A stretch of 62,201 nt of DNA, filler included, from Sphacelaria rigidula (Eukaryota): assembly GCA_964200075.2 (NCBI GenBank). It is 5 parts of 5 records of this genome, joined end to end, with 100 filler letters (N's around TTAATTAATTAA, not from the genome) between each part and the next. Parts side by side here need not be neighbours in the genome. Positions count along the whole stretch, not along the records: positions 1 to 12,362 come from CAXNAA020003855.1; positions 12,463 to 24,822 come from CAXNAA020003856.1; positions 24,923 to 37,282 come from CAXNAA020003857.1; 2 more parts are not named here. The stretch is one strand, 5' to 3'. The notes beneath the pieces were generated by a model. The model worked only from the letters and a program-made list of their open reading frames with translations. It made no database searches and was not told the origin of the DNA. A program made the position numbers and the translations under genes. How positions within the stretch are numbered: the stretch's first letter is position 1; every line of letters begins with the position of its first letter. Below, piece by piece: positions 11,890 through 24,939 of this stretch.

Positions 11890-12335
11890 GTGCAAAAGCC
11901 TCGTGACGCATTATGAAGCAATGGATTGTGGGAAAATATATGGGGAACTGGGATCAAAGGAAAGGTGTGGACGATGGTGAAGATGACAGAAATGTGCCAA
12001 AAGTGCGATGATGGTAGACGAGGAAGTATCAAAATATGTTTATATTTTGCAACGTGTTGCACCAGGATGTACGTTATCACCCACTCTACTCGAGGTATGC
12101 ATTGATGACCTGATATTTGCATCGGACATAGCAAAGCAAGGGGTGAAGTTGATGAAGAAATTGGAAACAGTACAGATGGCAGCAGCTGAGAGAATACTTG
12201 AATTCAGTGGAGTTAGCGAGGACGTTGGAAACAGTACAAAATGCAACAGCTCAGAAAATACTTGGATGCAGTGAAGTTGGTGAAGACGTTGGAAAAAGTA
12301 CAGATGACAGCAATAACAACGTTACTTGGATGCTC
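11890..12335 (+). mobile_element. Non-LTR (LINE) reverse transcriptase fragment, internally deleted
   Basis: NGLWENIWGTGIKGKVW and VYILQRVAPGCTLSPTLLEVCIDDL (a GV.QG..LSP.LF motif), then KKLETVQMAAAERILEFS. Confidence 0.75.
12143..12335 (+). repeat. Three tandem units of about 64 bp from the LINE C-terminal segment
   Basis: GTGAAGTTG..GAAGA..TTGGAAACAGTACAGATG.CAGC...ATACTTGGATGCA, three times. Confidence 0.85.
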
Positions 12336-12362
12336 GAAACAAACGAGTGTGCCTCCCCCCCC

Positions 12363-12462
12363 NNNNNNNNNNNNNNNNNNNNNNNNNNNNNNNNNNNNNN
12401 NNNNNNTTAATTAATTAANNNNNNNNNNNNNNNNNNNNNNNNNNNNNNNNNNNNNNNNNNNN
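12363..12462. other. Artificial 100-nt spacer N44-TTAATTAATTAA-N44
   Basis: Six-frame stop linker flanked by Ns, identical at four positions. Confidence 0.98.
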
Positions 12463-12700
12463 CCGTTCCCCCAAAGGGTATGTGCGAAAGCACACTTTTG
12501 CCTCGATTTGGGGGTGAAAAAAGGACGCTTTTTGGCCCAAAACTCATGCTTTCGCACATACCCTTTTGGGGGAACGGAAGGCAAGAAGTCCCCCGACATA
12601 ATTTCAGAGAGATCGGGACGAATGAGGCCGTCCATGTGAAAACCATTTGTCATGAATTTAGGTCAGGGAAAACGCAGCTTTTGAGTTGAACCTCATTTTT
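12463..12700. mobile_element. Partial MITE related to 9195-9612, cut by the contig start
   Basis: Internal hairpin CCGTTCCCCCAAA...TTTGGGGGAACGG and GTCATGAATTTAGGTCAGGGAAA match the right arm of 9195-9612. Confidence 0.7.
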
Positions 12701-12803
12701 GTGTCCAACCAAATTTTCGGAAATCCACTGCTAACGGGAAAATACTAACTACTATACATGTGGGCACCAGCAGCCACAAAAAAAGGTTACCGGATAGGAG
12801 GCG

Positions 12804-13141
12804 TGTTGGTAAATTAGTGACTTCTGGAGAAAAAGATGTATTGTTGTATTATTGAGACCTTGGTCCGCAGAGACGGGCCGGGAAATGGAGTGAGCAACAT
12901 AGGCTAGCTCGCGTCATCCACATCCCAGAGACTCTGGAAACCACATAGTTCCAGCAATGGAACTCGGACCAACGCACTTCCTTACGTACCACAAAATCCT
13001 CGGGTTGTTCCCCGCACCACAAATACCATGCTCGAACTAATGCAGTATCCACAAAGAGTATTCCTACATAACCAACAGAAAGGACCGCGAACGTTCTTCG
13101 CAATTCTCAAATATACGATACTACAGCAGCTATCACGAACA
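12804..13141 (-). repeat. 3' LTR of copia B1
   Basis: TG...CA termini, preceded on the minus strand by AAGGGAAGG. Homologous to 42518-42856. Confidence 0.9.
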
Positions 13142-16100
13142 CCTTCCCTTGGGGCTGTTGTATCTACCAGACCAAATACATATATCACGAAACCAAATTA
13201 TGACTCAGACTTCTACTTCTCATTTCTCAAGCCAAGGGAAAAATCACGGTGAACTTCAAAAAGATCTCTCAGCAGAGCCTTCGTGAGGATGTCCGCATGC
13301 TGTTTTTCACTGGGAACATGCGTGATCTCGATCACAACCTCCTCGGTCAAAGTCCTAAGAAAGTGGTGCCTCACGTCACTGTGCTTACTCCTGCACGAGC
13401 TAAGTGGATTCTCTGCAAGCGCAATCGCACCCTCGTTGTCCTCAAGTATTTCAATCTTACGAGGCTTCGCACTAGGCCTCAAGAACTGAAGCATTCCGTT
13501 CACAAACAGAGCCTCCTTCATACCATCACCCATCGCAAGATACTCTGCTTCAGAAGTCGACTGTGAAACGCATTTCTGCGCCCTAGAAATCCAAACTACA
13601 AGCATGGCAGCCACAAAAACCAACGCTCCTGAAACTAATCTACGGTCAGTGGCCTTGCTTGCAAACTCGGCATCTACGTACACCAACGAGCCTACGTCTA
13701 CCGTACTGTCCGGCTTGAACTTCAAAGTTAGATGTGCCGTTTCCAGAAGATAATTTAGAATCTTCTGGGCTGCCTCCCAGTGGCTCTTCTTTGGCTCGTG
13801 AGAGTGCCTCGCCACCGCCCGCACAACATTCGAGATGTCGGGCTTTGTCTGGTTGGCGATGCATATCAGGCTTCCCACCACCTCTTGGAACGGCACGTTT
13901 CCTGCCCCTCATCCTCCATCAAGGACCTGTTATCGTTGGCAAGGGAAGCAGGGATCGAGCTGGTGCGACAAATATTAAACCTCTCGAGAACACTCCTGAT
14001 GTAACTTTCTTGAGAAATCTCAATCGCGCCAACCTCGCGGTCGCGAATAAATGCGCAACCAAAAAAGAACTTGACCTCACCCGAATTCTTCGTAGGAAGA
14101 GAGTCGCCTAGCGATTTCACTACCACCTTGGCAAGACTCTTAGTTCCTGCATACAGAATGTATGTCATCCACGTGAATCACGAACATACCCACCACCTCG
14201 CCTCCCATCGTGAAACGCAGGACACAGGGGTCAGACAGAGACTGCTGGAAACCAATCCTTTACGGGTTCGACACTAGCATCTTGTAAAATGTTCTAGATG
14301 CCTGTTTCAATCCGTACAAATTCTTGTTCAAACGGACAACCTTTCCTGACATCGAACCGCAGCCAGGAGGCAACTTCATGAACACCTCGTGATCCAATTC
14401 CGACTGAACAAACGCTTGCTGAATATCCCAGTGGAGTAATTCCAAGTTGTACTTGCACGCCGACGCTACTAGCAATCGCATCAACGCAGCATTTGCAGTA
14501 GGCGAGAAAGTTTCAAGATAGTTCACACCATACTTCTGTTTGAAGCCCTTCGCTACAAGCCTAGCCTTGGCCTTCACTATCTTCCGCCGAGAAAGTTCCA
14601 AGATAGTCCACACCATACTTCTGCTTGAAGCCCTTCGCTACAAGCCTAGCCTTGGCCTTCACTATCTTCCGTGTTTCGTCTGCTTTCTACTTGAAAACCC
14701 ATCTAGCAACAATCGCATTACAGCCTACTGGGATCTTTACTGCTAACGTGAACGTTCCTGCTCTTATCAAGCCTTCAACTTCTGCAGACAATGCTCCATC
14801 CCAAATCTTTGCGAGCTTTGATTACCGGGCTTCTTGATAGCTACCAGGTTCTGACTCAATATTCTGAACGAGCTTGCGCACGAGTTCTACCTTCTCTTAC
14901 TTCATCATTCTCACGCGCAGCAGTATTAAAATCAGCAAGCTCAGCGACATGCCGCGGACGACGAGCGGCTGGAGGGGGTACCTCCGCCTCTACCTCCTGC
15001 CCTCCCGGCCCAATCGACTTTACCTCATCATCCCCTCCCGGATCCGCCGTGTCTACTTCCCCTGTCTCCAGCCCTCCCTGTCCCCTCCCATCTATCTCAA
15101 GCGCTGGAGAAGACAGAGAGGGAGCCGTTCTACTAGAGGAGTTGTTCACGGGCGAAGACGGTACAGAGGGGGAAGATGGAACAGAAGGGGACTGGCCTAC
15201 ACCGTTTGCATCAACACTGCCAACCTCACCGATTCCTGCACCATAGGGTAACACTGCATCACGTTTCACACGAATACGAATGTGTTGAATTCCCCTTCCT
15301 GCAAGCGGCCAAACTTCAGCTTCTACATTGTCGTCACTTTCCTCCCCTCCCTCTTCCGCGATCTCAACCGGCAGAGGAGGTTGCGGTGGAGGGAGCTGTG
15401 ACGGCAACGCCTCCCACGTCACATCTCTCCTTTCTTGAATAGTCCCAGCCGTCGTAAGTACTCTATGACAATCACGCGGGTGGTCTCTCGAAGGACCGAC
15501 ATAGAAGCAACTCTCACCTTTCGGTAGCAGCTCAGACGCTCGCTGCCACCTGCAATAGGCCGGTTTCAAAAACGGATACGGTCTAGCAGGACGAGGTTTT
15601 CAATACCACATCTCATGCAGCGACTTAGAGTCAGGGTTAGCAGAGCATGCTGTGTGGTTAAGTGCCTCGCAAGCCTAATGCATTGCCTCAGCTCAGAGTC
15701 TGTCAGTCTTAGATAACTGCACATGCCCAAACAGAACTTTCGCCTGAATACGAGCCGCCATAGCGGCCTCCTCAATCAATCCTAATCCACGCTCTGCAAC
15801 ACCGTTATATTGGGGACTGTAAGCCGGAGTGAACTCTTGTTTGATCAAAAGCTCATTGCATACGGATGCAAACTCCCCCCCAAAAAACTCCCCTCCATTG
15901 TCAGATCTAGCAGTCTCAACAAATGATGGGATTTCATCAGCACGCACACTAGCAACAAAACTTCGGAAAGCACTCCCAGCGTCTGATTTACTTCTGAGGA
16001 AATACATCCATGCACATTTTATGAAATCATCCTTCACAGTCATGGGGTAGTGTTTACCCCCAACGGACACTACGTCCTTCCTCCCTTCCAGGTCAACAAA

Positions 16101-18291
16101 AATTATGCCCAACATTTTATCCGATTCCCGTTTAGTTTCATGAGCAATTCCTTTCCTAATAGCCTTTGACATCGAACATCCCGTACAAGCATGCATGTCA
16201 CCGGTCAACTCGGTACCTAGTCGTTTTGCACTAGCACGAAGTAATCCCTCGAGTGAATGAGCATAAATGTTATGGAGATCGTTCATATCCATCTTCTTTT
16301 CATGCTTGGGGTTTGAAGGAGTGAGGGCAGCCAGCACCGAACCAACAGAGGCATCTCCCAGACGATACGCAGTAGAAATTAGCATGCCATCGAAGTTCTG
16401 AAAAGTAACATGTTCGTCGTAAGCAGTCATCACACCATCAGGACCACCAAGATCATTCCATGACTTGCCATCAAACTCTGCGCCGAGGGAAAAGAGGTTA
16501 TACCCTAAGTTGGGAGAGTGCAACACGTTCTCCAACTCTACGGAAAATTCGCTGTCAGCAGTCACAAACACAAACTCCAGTGTTCCAGGGAGAGCTACCT
16601 CACAAGTCACGCCACCAATCCCTTTTACGTTCTTGTGACAAGGCTTTACATCCTTCATACAAGAGATATAATCAGTCATGTGGAAAGCAATACCCGTGTC
16701 TGCATACCAATCTTCGACACACCTATCCTTCCTTGCAAGAGAAGAGAATTCACGAATAGCATCATCACTGAACAAGCACTCACGCAGCATGGCATCGAAA
16801 AATGCTACCAGACACGTCAGATCACTCGACTTATTCAAGCTGGTTTGGGAGAGCAACACCAAGCTAGATCTCTTACCGTTCTCATCCTCGTCGTCCTCGG
16901 ATTTCCCCGTTTGGGTAGGATGAGCGATCACGCGAACCAGGCAGTCCTTCCTCAAGTGACCCTTCTCTCCACACTTGAATCATTTCCCCTGAAACTTCTC
17001 TTTCGTGGACGAACCAGATTCGGTGTTAGACGTCGACTTGTTGTTCGGCTTCTTGGTACTTTCCCTCTCTGTCCTAGACACAAGAGCAACACTACTGTGC
17101 TTTTTCGGACCACCTTGTGTATGCAAGTCTAGATACCGCTCACGCACATTAGTCTCTATGAACGATGGGTCATTCGGACAGAACACCACAAGAGTTTCAC
17201 GCAAATTCTTGTACTCGTGCGACAGTCCCTCAAGCATCAGGCTGCACACCTCTCTGTTATCTTTCTTGACTTCAAGCATTTGTAGAACACCAAGCGTCCC
17301 TCTCATGGATGTAAAGAAGGTTGCGGGATTCTCGTTTTAACGCATGCGCAGTTACTTCAGTTTCTCCTCTTGTACACGAATCTGACTCTGGCCCAAAGGA
17401 AGAAAGTTATCCTTGAGCACTCGAAATGCCCTGCTAGGGGAAGCAGCATGCCTAGCCATGGTTTTCAGACTATTTTTCTTCAAGCAATCAAACAGAATCC
17501 ACAAAGCCATCTCTGCCTGATGCACCACACCCACACTGAATCATTTTTCTACCCCGGGGGTCCAGTCGAAACCAATGTCTGCAATCGGAATTTCAGCTTC
17601 AGAAACAAATGCCTCATACAGATTGTTGTGTCGGGCACTCAATAGAAAGTTCCGCGACCATGAGGGATACAACACGTCGTTGCCGTCGAAAACAGGAGCT
17701 TTGAAAACTGTAAAAGGACCCCTACCCAACTTCTCTCCTGTGTCAGAAACGTCAGCCGCAGGAATCAGAATGTTTCCACTGACTACGTTTTCCTACTACT
17801 TGCTCGACAGAGAAGGAGCGGGCGGAACAGAGGACTGACCTAAAGTCCCACCTACAGTAGTCCCGATCGAACCAAAGCTTACTGCAGCAACAGAGGAACG
17901 ATATAAAGAAGATACATTTGGATTCAAGCCTGAGTCTGCAAGACTGCTACTCCCAACCCACATGCTCGACACGCCTAAGCCTTGGGCATCGCCACCCGTA
18001 CCCTTCCCCCGCGGTCCTACCATCAGCATCAGCAGAAAGATGCATACTAGTCTCTGGTCCTCCGCCTCCCGGCGCGGCAGCTACCAAACCAGAGGACTCC
18101 ACTTTCCTTTCCTGTTGCTCAACTAGCATCGATACTAGAGTCATAATTTGAGACAACTGTGTCTCTATGAAACAAATCCTCTCACCAACTTCCTGCGATC
18201 CACTATCAGCTGGGTCAACCGCAGGATCCTTGTTCCCCGGTTCAGCCATGATGAGGCAGGTTGATCAAGCCTCCCTCGACAGTCTCATGCA
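12804..18291 (-). mobile_element. Ty1/copia family B, copy 1; 3' LTR present, 5' LTR lost
   Basis: gag (about 17000-17840, CFKCGEKGHLRKDC), protease WYADTGIAFHM, integrase RSDNGGEF...[25 protein letters not shown] and RH EDNEGAI..QHADILTK. 3' LTR at 12804-13141 with PPT at 13142-13150. Homology to copy 2 stops at about 18291. Confidence 0.93.
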
Positions 18292-18588
18292 AGGCGTTAT
18301 TCTCATAATCGAAAAACCGGCTAAACCGTTTTTTCATCCGCGGTTCTCATCGGTAACCACTTTACTCTGATGAGTGAGGGAAAACGCCTCCAAATCATTG
18401 AAGCGCCGGTAAATTGAGCGTTGTTGTCGCGTGTTTCGTGTGTGCGGTGGGAGCTAGATTGACGCGCTTGAACACACCCATTCATTCATTGCCGGTGATG
18501 GTAAGGTTCAATCTCACACCTCCGCACCCGTGAAACATATGTCTAACGTGCAACACAGTGACTGGTGGCACCAATTGTAATACTTAAT

Positions 18589-18656
18589 CAGGGATTCTAC
18601 GGTAGGGGTGCACTTTTTAGTCCAAACGTTTTCTGAGCCCTACCGTAGAACTACTC
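18589..18656. mobile_element. 68-bp deletion derivative of the GAG..CTC MITE family
   Basis: TTCTACGGTAGGG...CCCTACCGTAGAA. Flanks TAAT/TCAT form an imperfect 4-bp TSD. Confidence 0.6.
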
Positions 18657-18664
18657 TCATGGGA

Positions 18665-18923
18665 GAGCAATATGCTACGGTAGGGATGCACTTTTTGCGC
18701 GAAATCCTGTCTGGTTCAGGGGCTCCTAACGATTCTAGATTGTACAAGAACATGGGTCAGGGCATCCCCGTTTACAAATTCATTCGGGATATCTCTAGCA
18801 CATTGAAAGAGTAATCCTGGCGTACTGTAACATATTTCGTGAGTGGTATTTTGGTTAAGATACAGGGCTCCTAACAATTCCAACCTCAGGAAATATTCGT
18901 GCACCCATACCGTAGCATCACTC
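18665..18923. mobile_element. MITE, GAG..CTC termini, 4-bp TSD GGGA (Sola-like)
   Basis: TIR GAGCAATATGCTACGGTAGGGATGCAC / GTGCACCCATACCGTAGCATCACTC, with GGGA on both sides. Confidence 0.88.
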
Positions 18924-19304
18924 GGGAAGATTTCCCCAAGTAAGTGGTGTTGTTCGTGATTACTGGGCACAACAGCTGCTGTTCGAAATTTGAAACTGGC
19001 ATGGACACATTGGCGATGCATTAGCATATGAAAGATTGATCTGTCCATGTGAAAGAGGATCTCCGGCGTGAACTCGTCTAGCGTGCAAGTCAACAACATC
19101 GATAGGGTGCTGACAGGAAAAACAACTTTGCAGTCCCCACCCCGCCCGCCCTTGAGACCAAATACAGTGCCAAAAAAAAGGAGGAATGGGTAATGCTCTC
19201 CCTCCACTTCACATGGGAAAAGTAGTGCAGCGCCTCAGTGTCGAAAAACAACGAAAACAGCGGACAACGGAAAACCCAGCATACTACTATACGCTGCAAA
19301 CCAC

Positions 19305-19561
19305 GAGCAATACTACGGTAGGGGTGCACATTTTGCGCGAAATTATGTCTAGTTCAGGGGCTCCTAACGGTTCAAGATGCACAACAACATGGGTCAGGAC
19401 ATCCCCGTTTGCAAATTCATTCCTGATATCCCCAGCACATTGGAGTAGTAATCCTGGCGTACTCTTACATATTTTCATAGGTCGCATTTTGCACGAGATG
19501 AAGGGCTCCCTACAATTCTAACCTCAGAAAACATTTGTGCACCCGTACCGTGGCATCACTC
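19305..19561. mobile_element. MITE, same family, 4-bp TSD CCAC
   Basis: Collinear with 18665-18923. CCAC flanks both ends. Confidence 0.88.
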
Positions 19562-20518
19562 CCACGAAAACCACGCGATCGCGCCTCCTCTCTGCGGTCA
19601 ACGTTCCCCTACAGGATTTAAGGAGGTCAATATATTACAGTATATGGGCAGCAAGACATCGCATCAGCTTTTACCGAAAAGAATCACCGACGGCCAGGCC
19701 AGACTGCTTTCTGTGTACGCCAACATAATGACAGTACTCTCCGTGAGAAAGCTAAAGCAGATCTTTAGAGCAAACATAAATTCACGCTCACTTGCTCTGC
19801 GTGACATTACCACTCGAACACCAGTAGTAGTACTTAACCCCTCTTCTTCGCGGAAGACTCCTCTTTGGCTGCCAAACTTATTGGTCGCAACTGAACCGGT
19901 TAAACCTGTTTAGCCACCGGAATATACAGCCTCCTTTCCCGGTTAAACCTGTTCAGCGGTAAAAAAACGGTTTAAGTGGAAATAAGCTGTTTTCTTCAGA
20001 ACCGGAAGCGGTAAATGCCGACTGGGGTTTTGAAGAACGAATAGGTTGTAACTGAAGATGTGCTCCGTTTGAGTCTATTTTTGAATTGGAGCGGATTTAG
20101 ATTTTTCGGCGGCCTTATCCGGATCAATCCGCGGACTGAAAAAAAGTGGCGGAAATCCGGATGTTCGATTCGCAGACGGATTTCGAGGAAAATGAGCGAT
20201 GGATACTTCTCAACTCTTCCCGCATGCATGTTACGCGTGTCTGAAAGGGGTAGTGGAGCCTTGAATCACGTATCACGATTCAGATGCACAAATCAAACGA
20301 AGATTGGAGTGAAAAGGGTTGTCATCGTTATCCACGCATTGTGCCAGCGATGTACAAGAATAAACGCCTTTCCCATGGCAAACCGGAAAAACCAAGTCCG
20401 ACCACGACATCCAACTTTCGCAAGGCCACTACAAACCATGGCACGCTTGTGATGTGCTCCATGACCAGCTGCGTCGGCTGCTCCGTCTCTTCCCGCGAGG
20501 GCACAATTTACCATTTCA

Positions 20519-21400
20519 GCGCGACGCTACGGTAGGGGTGCACAGATATTTTCTGGGGTTATAATTGTTAGGAGCATTTTATCTCGTCCAAAATACGGCT
20601 TGCTTACGATCTGGGCCAGGCTAGAGACGGATTTGAAGTTTGCAGGCCCATGCGCCGGCCGATATTCAAAGCTGAAGCGTAAAATTTGGAATGGACAATG
20701 CATAAGGCATACATTGTTTTTGCCAGAGCACCAAACCTTTTTCTCTTCATGAATTAAGGGCATTTTACTGATACCCTAAAACCGATTATTGCCCTCAACT
20801 CATGAAAAAAAATGGTGCTTTGGTCATTTTTTTGTATGCCCTTTGCATTGTCCATACCAGATTTTTAAGCCCCAACTCTAAATATTGGCAGGCGCATTCG
20901 CTTTTTATTAACCGGGTCGGTAAAAATTCGGGACAGTATTTCGCAGGCCACTCACCTGCCCACGTTTGGTTTTTATGTATTGAAATTTTGTGGGTCCTCG
21001 CTACGAGTAGGGCATAATTAATTAACAAAACTCAGTGGACCAGGTTGTTTTTTTTTCCCCGCTGGTTTAGGGTTCTAGTATGGTAAAGACCATTTTTTCA
21101 CGAAAACGCCTTAACCTCCATGAAAAAATATGAAAAAATGGATGTTCATTTCTCTTTTTTTCGGCACACCTTCGTCGTTCTCCATGCTGGGTTTCAAATC
21201 ACAATTCTAAAATTGAGCAAAATAAATGACGTAAGCTAGGCCTAAGAGCAATGTCCATTTCTCCTCGAAACTCCACTAAAAACACGGTGAAAAATGATGA
21301 AAAAAATGACTAAAAAGGGTAAAAAGGTGCTTGGTTCATTTTATTATGCACTAGCGGTTCTCCATACAATTTTTCATAGCACACCTCTCGAAAGCTGAGA
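20519..21400. mobile_element. Longer AT-rich non-autonomous element starting with the same TIR (right end uncertain)
   Basis: GCGCGACGCTACGGTAGGGGTGCAC at 20519. Internal 21090-21240 resembles 60715-60850. Confidence 0.5.
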
Positions 21401-21934
21401 CGCGATGTCCAGATTTAGGGCATCTAGTGCCTCTGCTCGTAATATATTGATTTTATTATGGAAACTTATGTAAGCCATATCTCGAGATAGATCACGAGTT
21501 AGGTAAAGGTGAAGGTATCTATCATCTCCCCGTGCTCCAGGGAAGGCCGACACCAAAAGTGGTCATCATCCGCTGAATGTATCGTTCGGGGATATTGATT
21601 CTGTGATGATGTGAGAAGACACCGAAATCATCTGTGATACTCACACGAAATGGACGCGACACAGCACACTAGAAAATTCTGCGTTCATGTTTTTCGAATG
21701 AGAGTGTGTCACACTGTCCCCCCGTTCGACAGTCGAGAGATGCCACGATAGAGGCGCACAAAAACTACATCAGGCTCTTGATTCCAGGAGTCGCTCAATG
21801 GGAAACATACGGGCCCAAATTTGCAACCTCAGACAATTTTTGGCCTTGAAAGTGCACCCCTATGGTGACACCACTCAGTCGAGATCTACAGTGCATGTGT
21901 GCAACAGAAAAAATATGGATATTCAGTAGACCCG

Positions 21935-22077
21935 GAGGAACTCTACTGCAGGGGTGCACGTTTTACTCCAAAGGTTCTCTGAGGCTGGACACTAAGGCCG
22001 ATATGTTTGTCATCCAGAGGCTCCGACAGTGTAGAGCCTCAGAACAAAAACATTGCACCTCTACCGTAAAACCACTG
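21935..22077. mobile_element. MITE, same family, 4-bp TSD CCCG
   Basis: GAGGAACTCTACTGCAGGGGTGCAC / TGCACCTCTACCGTAAAACCACTG, with CCCG on both sides. Confidence 0.75.
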
Positions 22078-22521
22078 CCCGGATATATCGCACCTGAAGA
22101 TTGTCTTATAGCGATGATATTTACTGCTGTTGTCTCGGAAGTTCTATATTTCTTGTTGATTTGTTCTCTTCTCTCTTTTGTTCAGTTAACGCTGTGCGTC
22201 CGTTCTATTATAACTTTCGTTTACTTTCTGACTCCTTTGCTTCGCTCTTCTTCAGCGAGCGTTTCCATCTTTGTTCACCTTCTTGGTCACGTATATATTG
22301 TGGATAATGACCACGACTGGGTGCCTCGAGGATCAGTTCATATGCGACCATTAAGCAATCGATCAATCAATAAGACAGTAACCGATTTTATATTTTACAT
22401 TTATTGAAGATATCAAAACTTCGGTTTTACTGACCGGTTGTTTGGATCCTGGGTGTTCGATTCTATTAGTTCTTTGAGGGATCGGACAAATAGCGGAGGA
22501 CTGAGCTCTCTCCTGCCTTTT

Positions 22522-22528
22522 TCTCTCT

Positions 22529-22578
<50 letters not shown>
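22522..22578. repeat. (CT)n microsatellite
   Basis: Directly visible. Confidence 0.95.
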
Positions 22579-22581
<3 letters not shown>

Positions 22582-22628
22582 GGGATGAAGAATTGGAGCG
22601 ACCGGTTCATCCGTCGCCTCCTTTACCG

Positions 22629-23756
22629 CTACGCTTTGGCGCGAGCCCGGAGGGCATGCATAGCAGCGGCCTTGCGCCGCGAATCTACCGGACTCAGCGT
22701 TACAGGGGATTTGGGTGACGCTTGGAGAGTCCCCAAGCTCTCTCGAACAACGTCCAGCTGCTCGGTTTTATCCTGAAATGCAGTCAACGGGATAGTAGAA
22801 GAGGGATAAACGGCGGCTGCTTGAATGTACCGCTTGATGCCATGAATGAATCGAATCTGGCGCGCCGCTTGCTTAGTCCTGTGACACAGTATCATCAGTC
22901 AGTGTGAATGGTGCCCGCGAGGAAAGCTCGTGTTGTAGACTCTACAGCTGTGTGATATTTGGGACGCCGGAAAATGAGTATATATTTTGCGGTCTCACTC
23001 AGTTTCTTCGGCCGTTCCGGGTGCAGAGCAAAGGAACAGTCGAAACTTCGGTTGAGAGGTGCCATTGGTGAGCATTTGAGAATTGGCACTGGAGTCGTTC
23101 CAAAATAAGGAAAAGGGATGATCCACCTTGCGAAAAGGGCGCAGTCCCATAGCATCACTCAGTCACTGGTATATCGCCACCACTCACATTACATTCACTA
23201 CCGGTGCGGCACGCTCTGTGTGCTGCTGAGTGATGGCGCTGTGGTGCATGCCACACTCACCTGAAGGCAAGCGATTGCTCTCGTCAAGCACCCCGTATCA
23301 AAACGATGTTTGCCCTGCTGCATTTTCTTTCCATTCACGTCCATGTCGGGCTTGGCCTGAATGACCGGGGGCACCGAAACGTGTTCATGCATCACAATGC
23401 GGTTGAAAGTGCACGAGAAGATGCACTGACGCAAGTACAACGCCATTTTTCACCGCAAAGTGGCACTCCCCCTGTTGTGTATTTCTGTACCAGCTGCCTA
23501 CGCTCACTCTCTCCTTTTTTTTCATCAAAAAAACAACAATGGCTGCGCATCATTGTCTCCCTGATACTACCAAAACCGTGAAGACTGTAATCAAATTAGA
23601 GTGGCGTTCTCCGTCCGTTTTCGAATCACTCACCTCGTGCACCACTTTCTTGTACCACCGCTCCACATCCGACCTCTCTGCCTCTAGCTGGAACGCCAAA
23701 TCCTCTAGGCGCTTTACCATTTTGGGCCACCGTTCCGCACCCGACAAGGTCCTCGC
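22629..23756 (-). CDS. 3' exons of an unknown spliced gene (exons 23756-23634, 23314-23261, 22772-22629); helical/coiled-coil-like
   Basis: Three phase-0 exons with CAG acceptors and GTGAGT donors join into ARTLSGAERWPKMVKRLEDLAFQLEAERSDVERWYKKVVHE-GKHRFDTGCLTRAIACLQ-DKTEQLDVVRESLG...ARAKA*. Confidence 0.55.
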
Positions 23757-24822
23757 CTGGGGTGAATGCGCGAACGAGTACCCGCTGTCTGTACATCCGG
23801 TGTCCCATGCAGAATTTCCCGTATGATCTCCTCTCCGCCATCCGAGACTGCTCCAAGGTTGCCGCCCATCGGTACCTCCTTGCACGATAGTGGTGTAATG
23901 GTGGGAGTATGTAGCGAAACAACCCAAGATCCAAACCACCGTCCCGTCAGAGGTAGTCAGAGAATACCGTGTGTGTATGAAGTGAGGGTCAAATTGGTTT
24001 CATGAACGACACGCGTTTCTACACTTGTTACGAACCTATGGACGAGGGGGACACCGTAAAATTCTAGTGAGTAATCCCCTCATCCCACGGCAACAGTCGC
24101 CGGAGAATGTCATCAGGCTGCCGGTAGCTCTATTCCCGCAGAAGAAGCGCCCGATAAGCGACGAGGTTCGAAAAAATTTACCCGGGGGATGCAACCACTG
24201 CCCCTTGCCTACCTCCCTTTTCTGGAACCAAGTATGTTACTTCACTACTAATACCCAATTCAGTTGAGAACAGCATTCTTCCTTCCCCTCCCGTCCCCTC
24301 TTATCCCGCGTCTTGTGGTTATGGCTTCTGGTGAGGATGACAGGAATCTGTAAAACAAAACGGGCGATGCTGCGGGTAAACTCAATTTTCTGGTTGTATC
24401 AATGAAAAGCATGCTACGTGAGCTGTTACAGGGTCGATGATGACCCTGTAAAAAAAGCCATGGGACGATTTTACTGTGGGCCTTACCCCACTCTCCAGCT
24501 CGATGATGAGAAGCTAAAAAGGAGGTACAGTCCTCCGTCTGACGACCCACTTGAGCTCACAAATAGAGCAGACCACCACGACTCTATGAGTAAAGCCAAT
24601 ATCGCTACCCGATACTGAACTGCGCTCGAGTACTGCTGATCACCGAGTAACCTACATGCTGAACGCTGTGCGTGCGTCCTCGTCATAGCAGCTAGGCTTA
24701 CCGCAACACGACAGGTCAGACCACTACCATCGACGGGGGTTTCAATATATAATATATGATACTTCCTGTGTCCCATAAGTCTGTATCGTTATGTTTGTAC
24801 GAGTCCTTAACGATGTCCGATT

Positions 24823-24922
24823 NNNNNNNNNNNNNNNNNNNNNNNNNNNNNNNNNNNNNNNNNNNNTTAATTAATTAANNNNNNNNNNNNNNNNNNNNNN
24901 NNNNNNNNNNNNNNNNNNNNNN
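24823..24922. other. Artificial 100-nt spacer
   Basis: N44-TTAATTAATTAA-N44. Confidence 0.98.
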
Positions 24923-24939
24923 CGTCTCTATGAGCTACC

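Noticed and set aside
12143..12335. Regularly spaced repeats resembling a CRISPR array
   Set aside because: The units are contiguous LINE-derived tandem copies with no unique spacers, and no cas genes are present.
12407..12418. Recurrent TTAATTAATTAA palindrome at fixed spacing
   Set aside because: It is an artificial six-frame stop linker within N spacers.
19880..20450. AACCG/CGGAT-rich tracts and a possible hAT dimerisation-domain remnant
   Set aside because: No TIR pair or 8-bp TSD was found and the peptide similarity is marginal.
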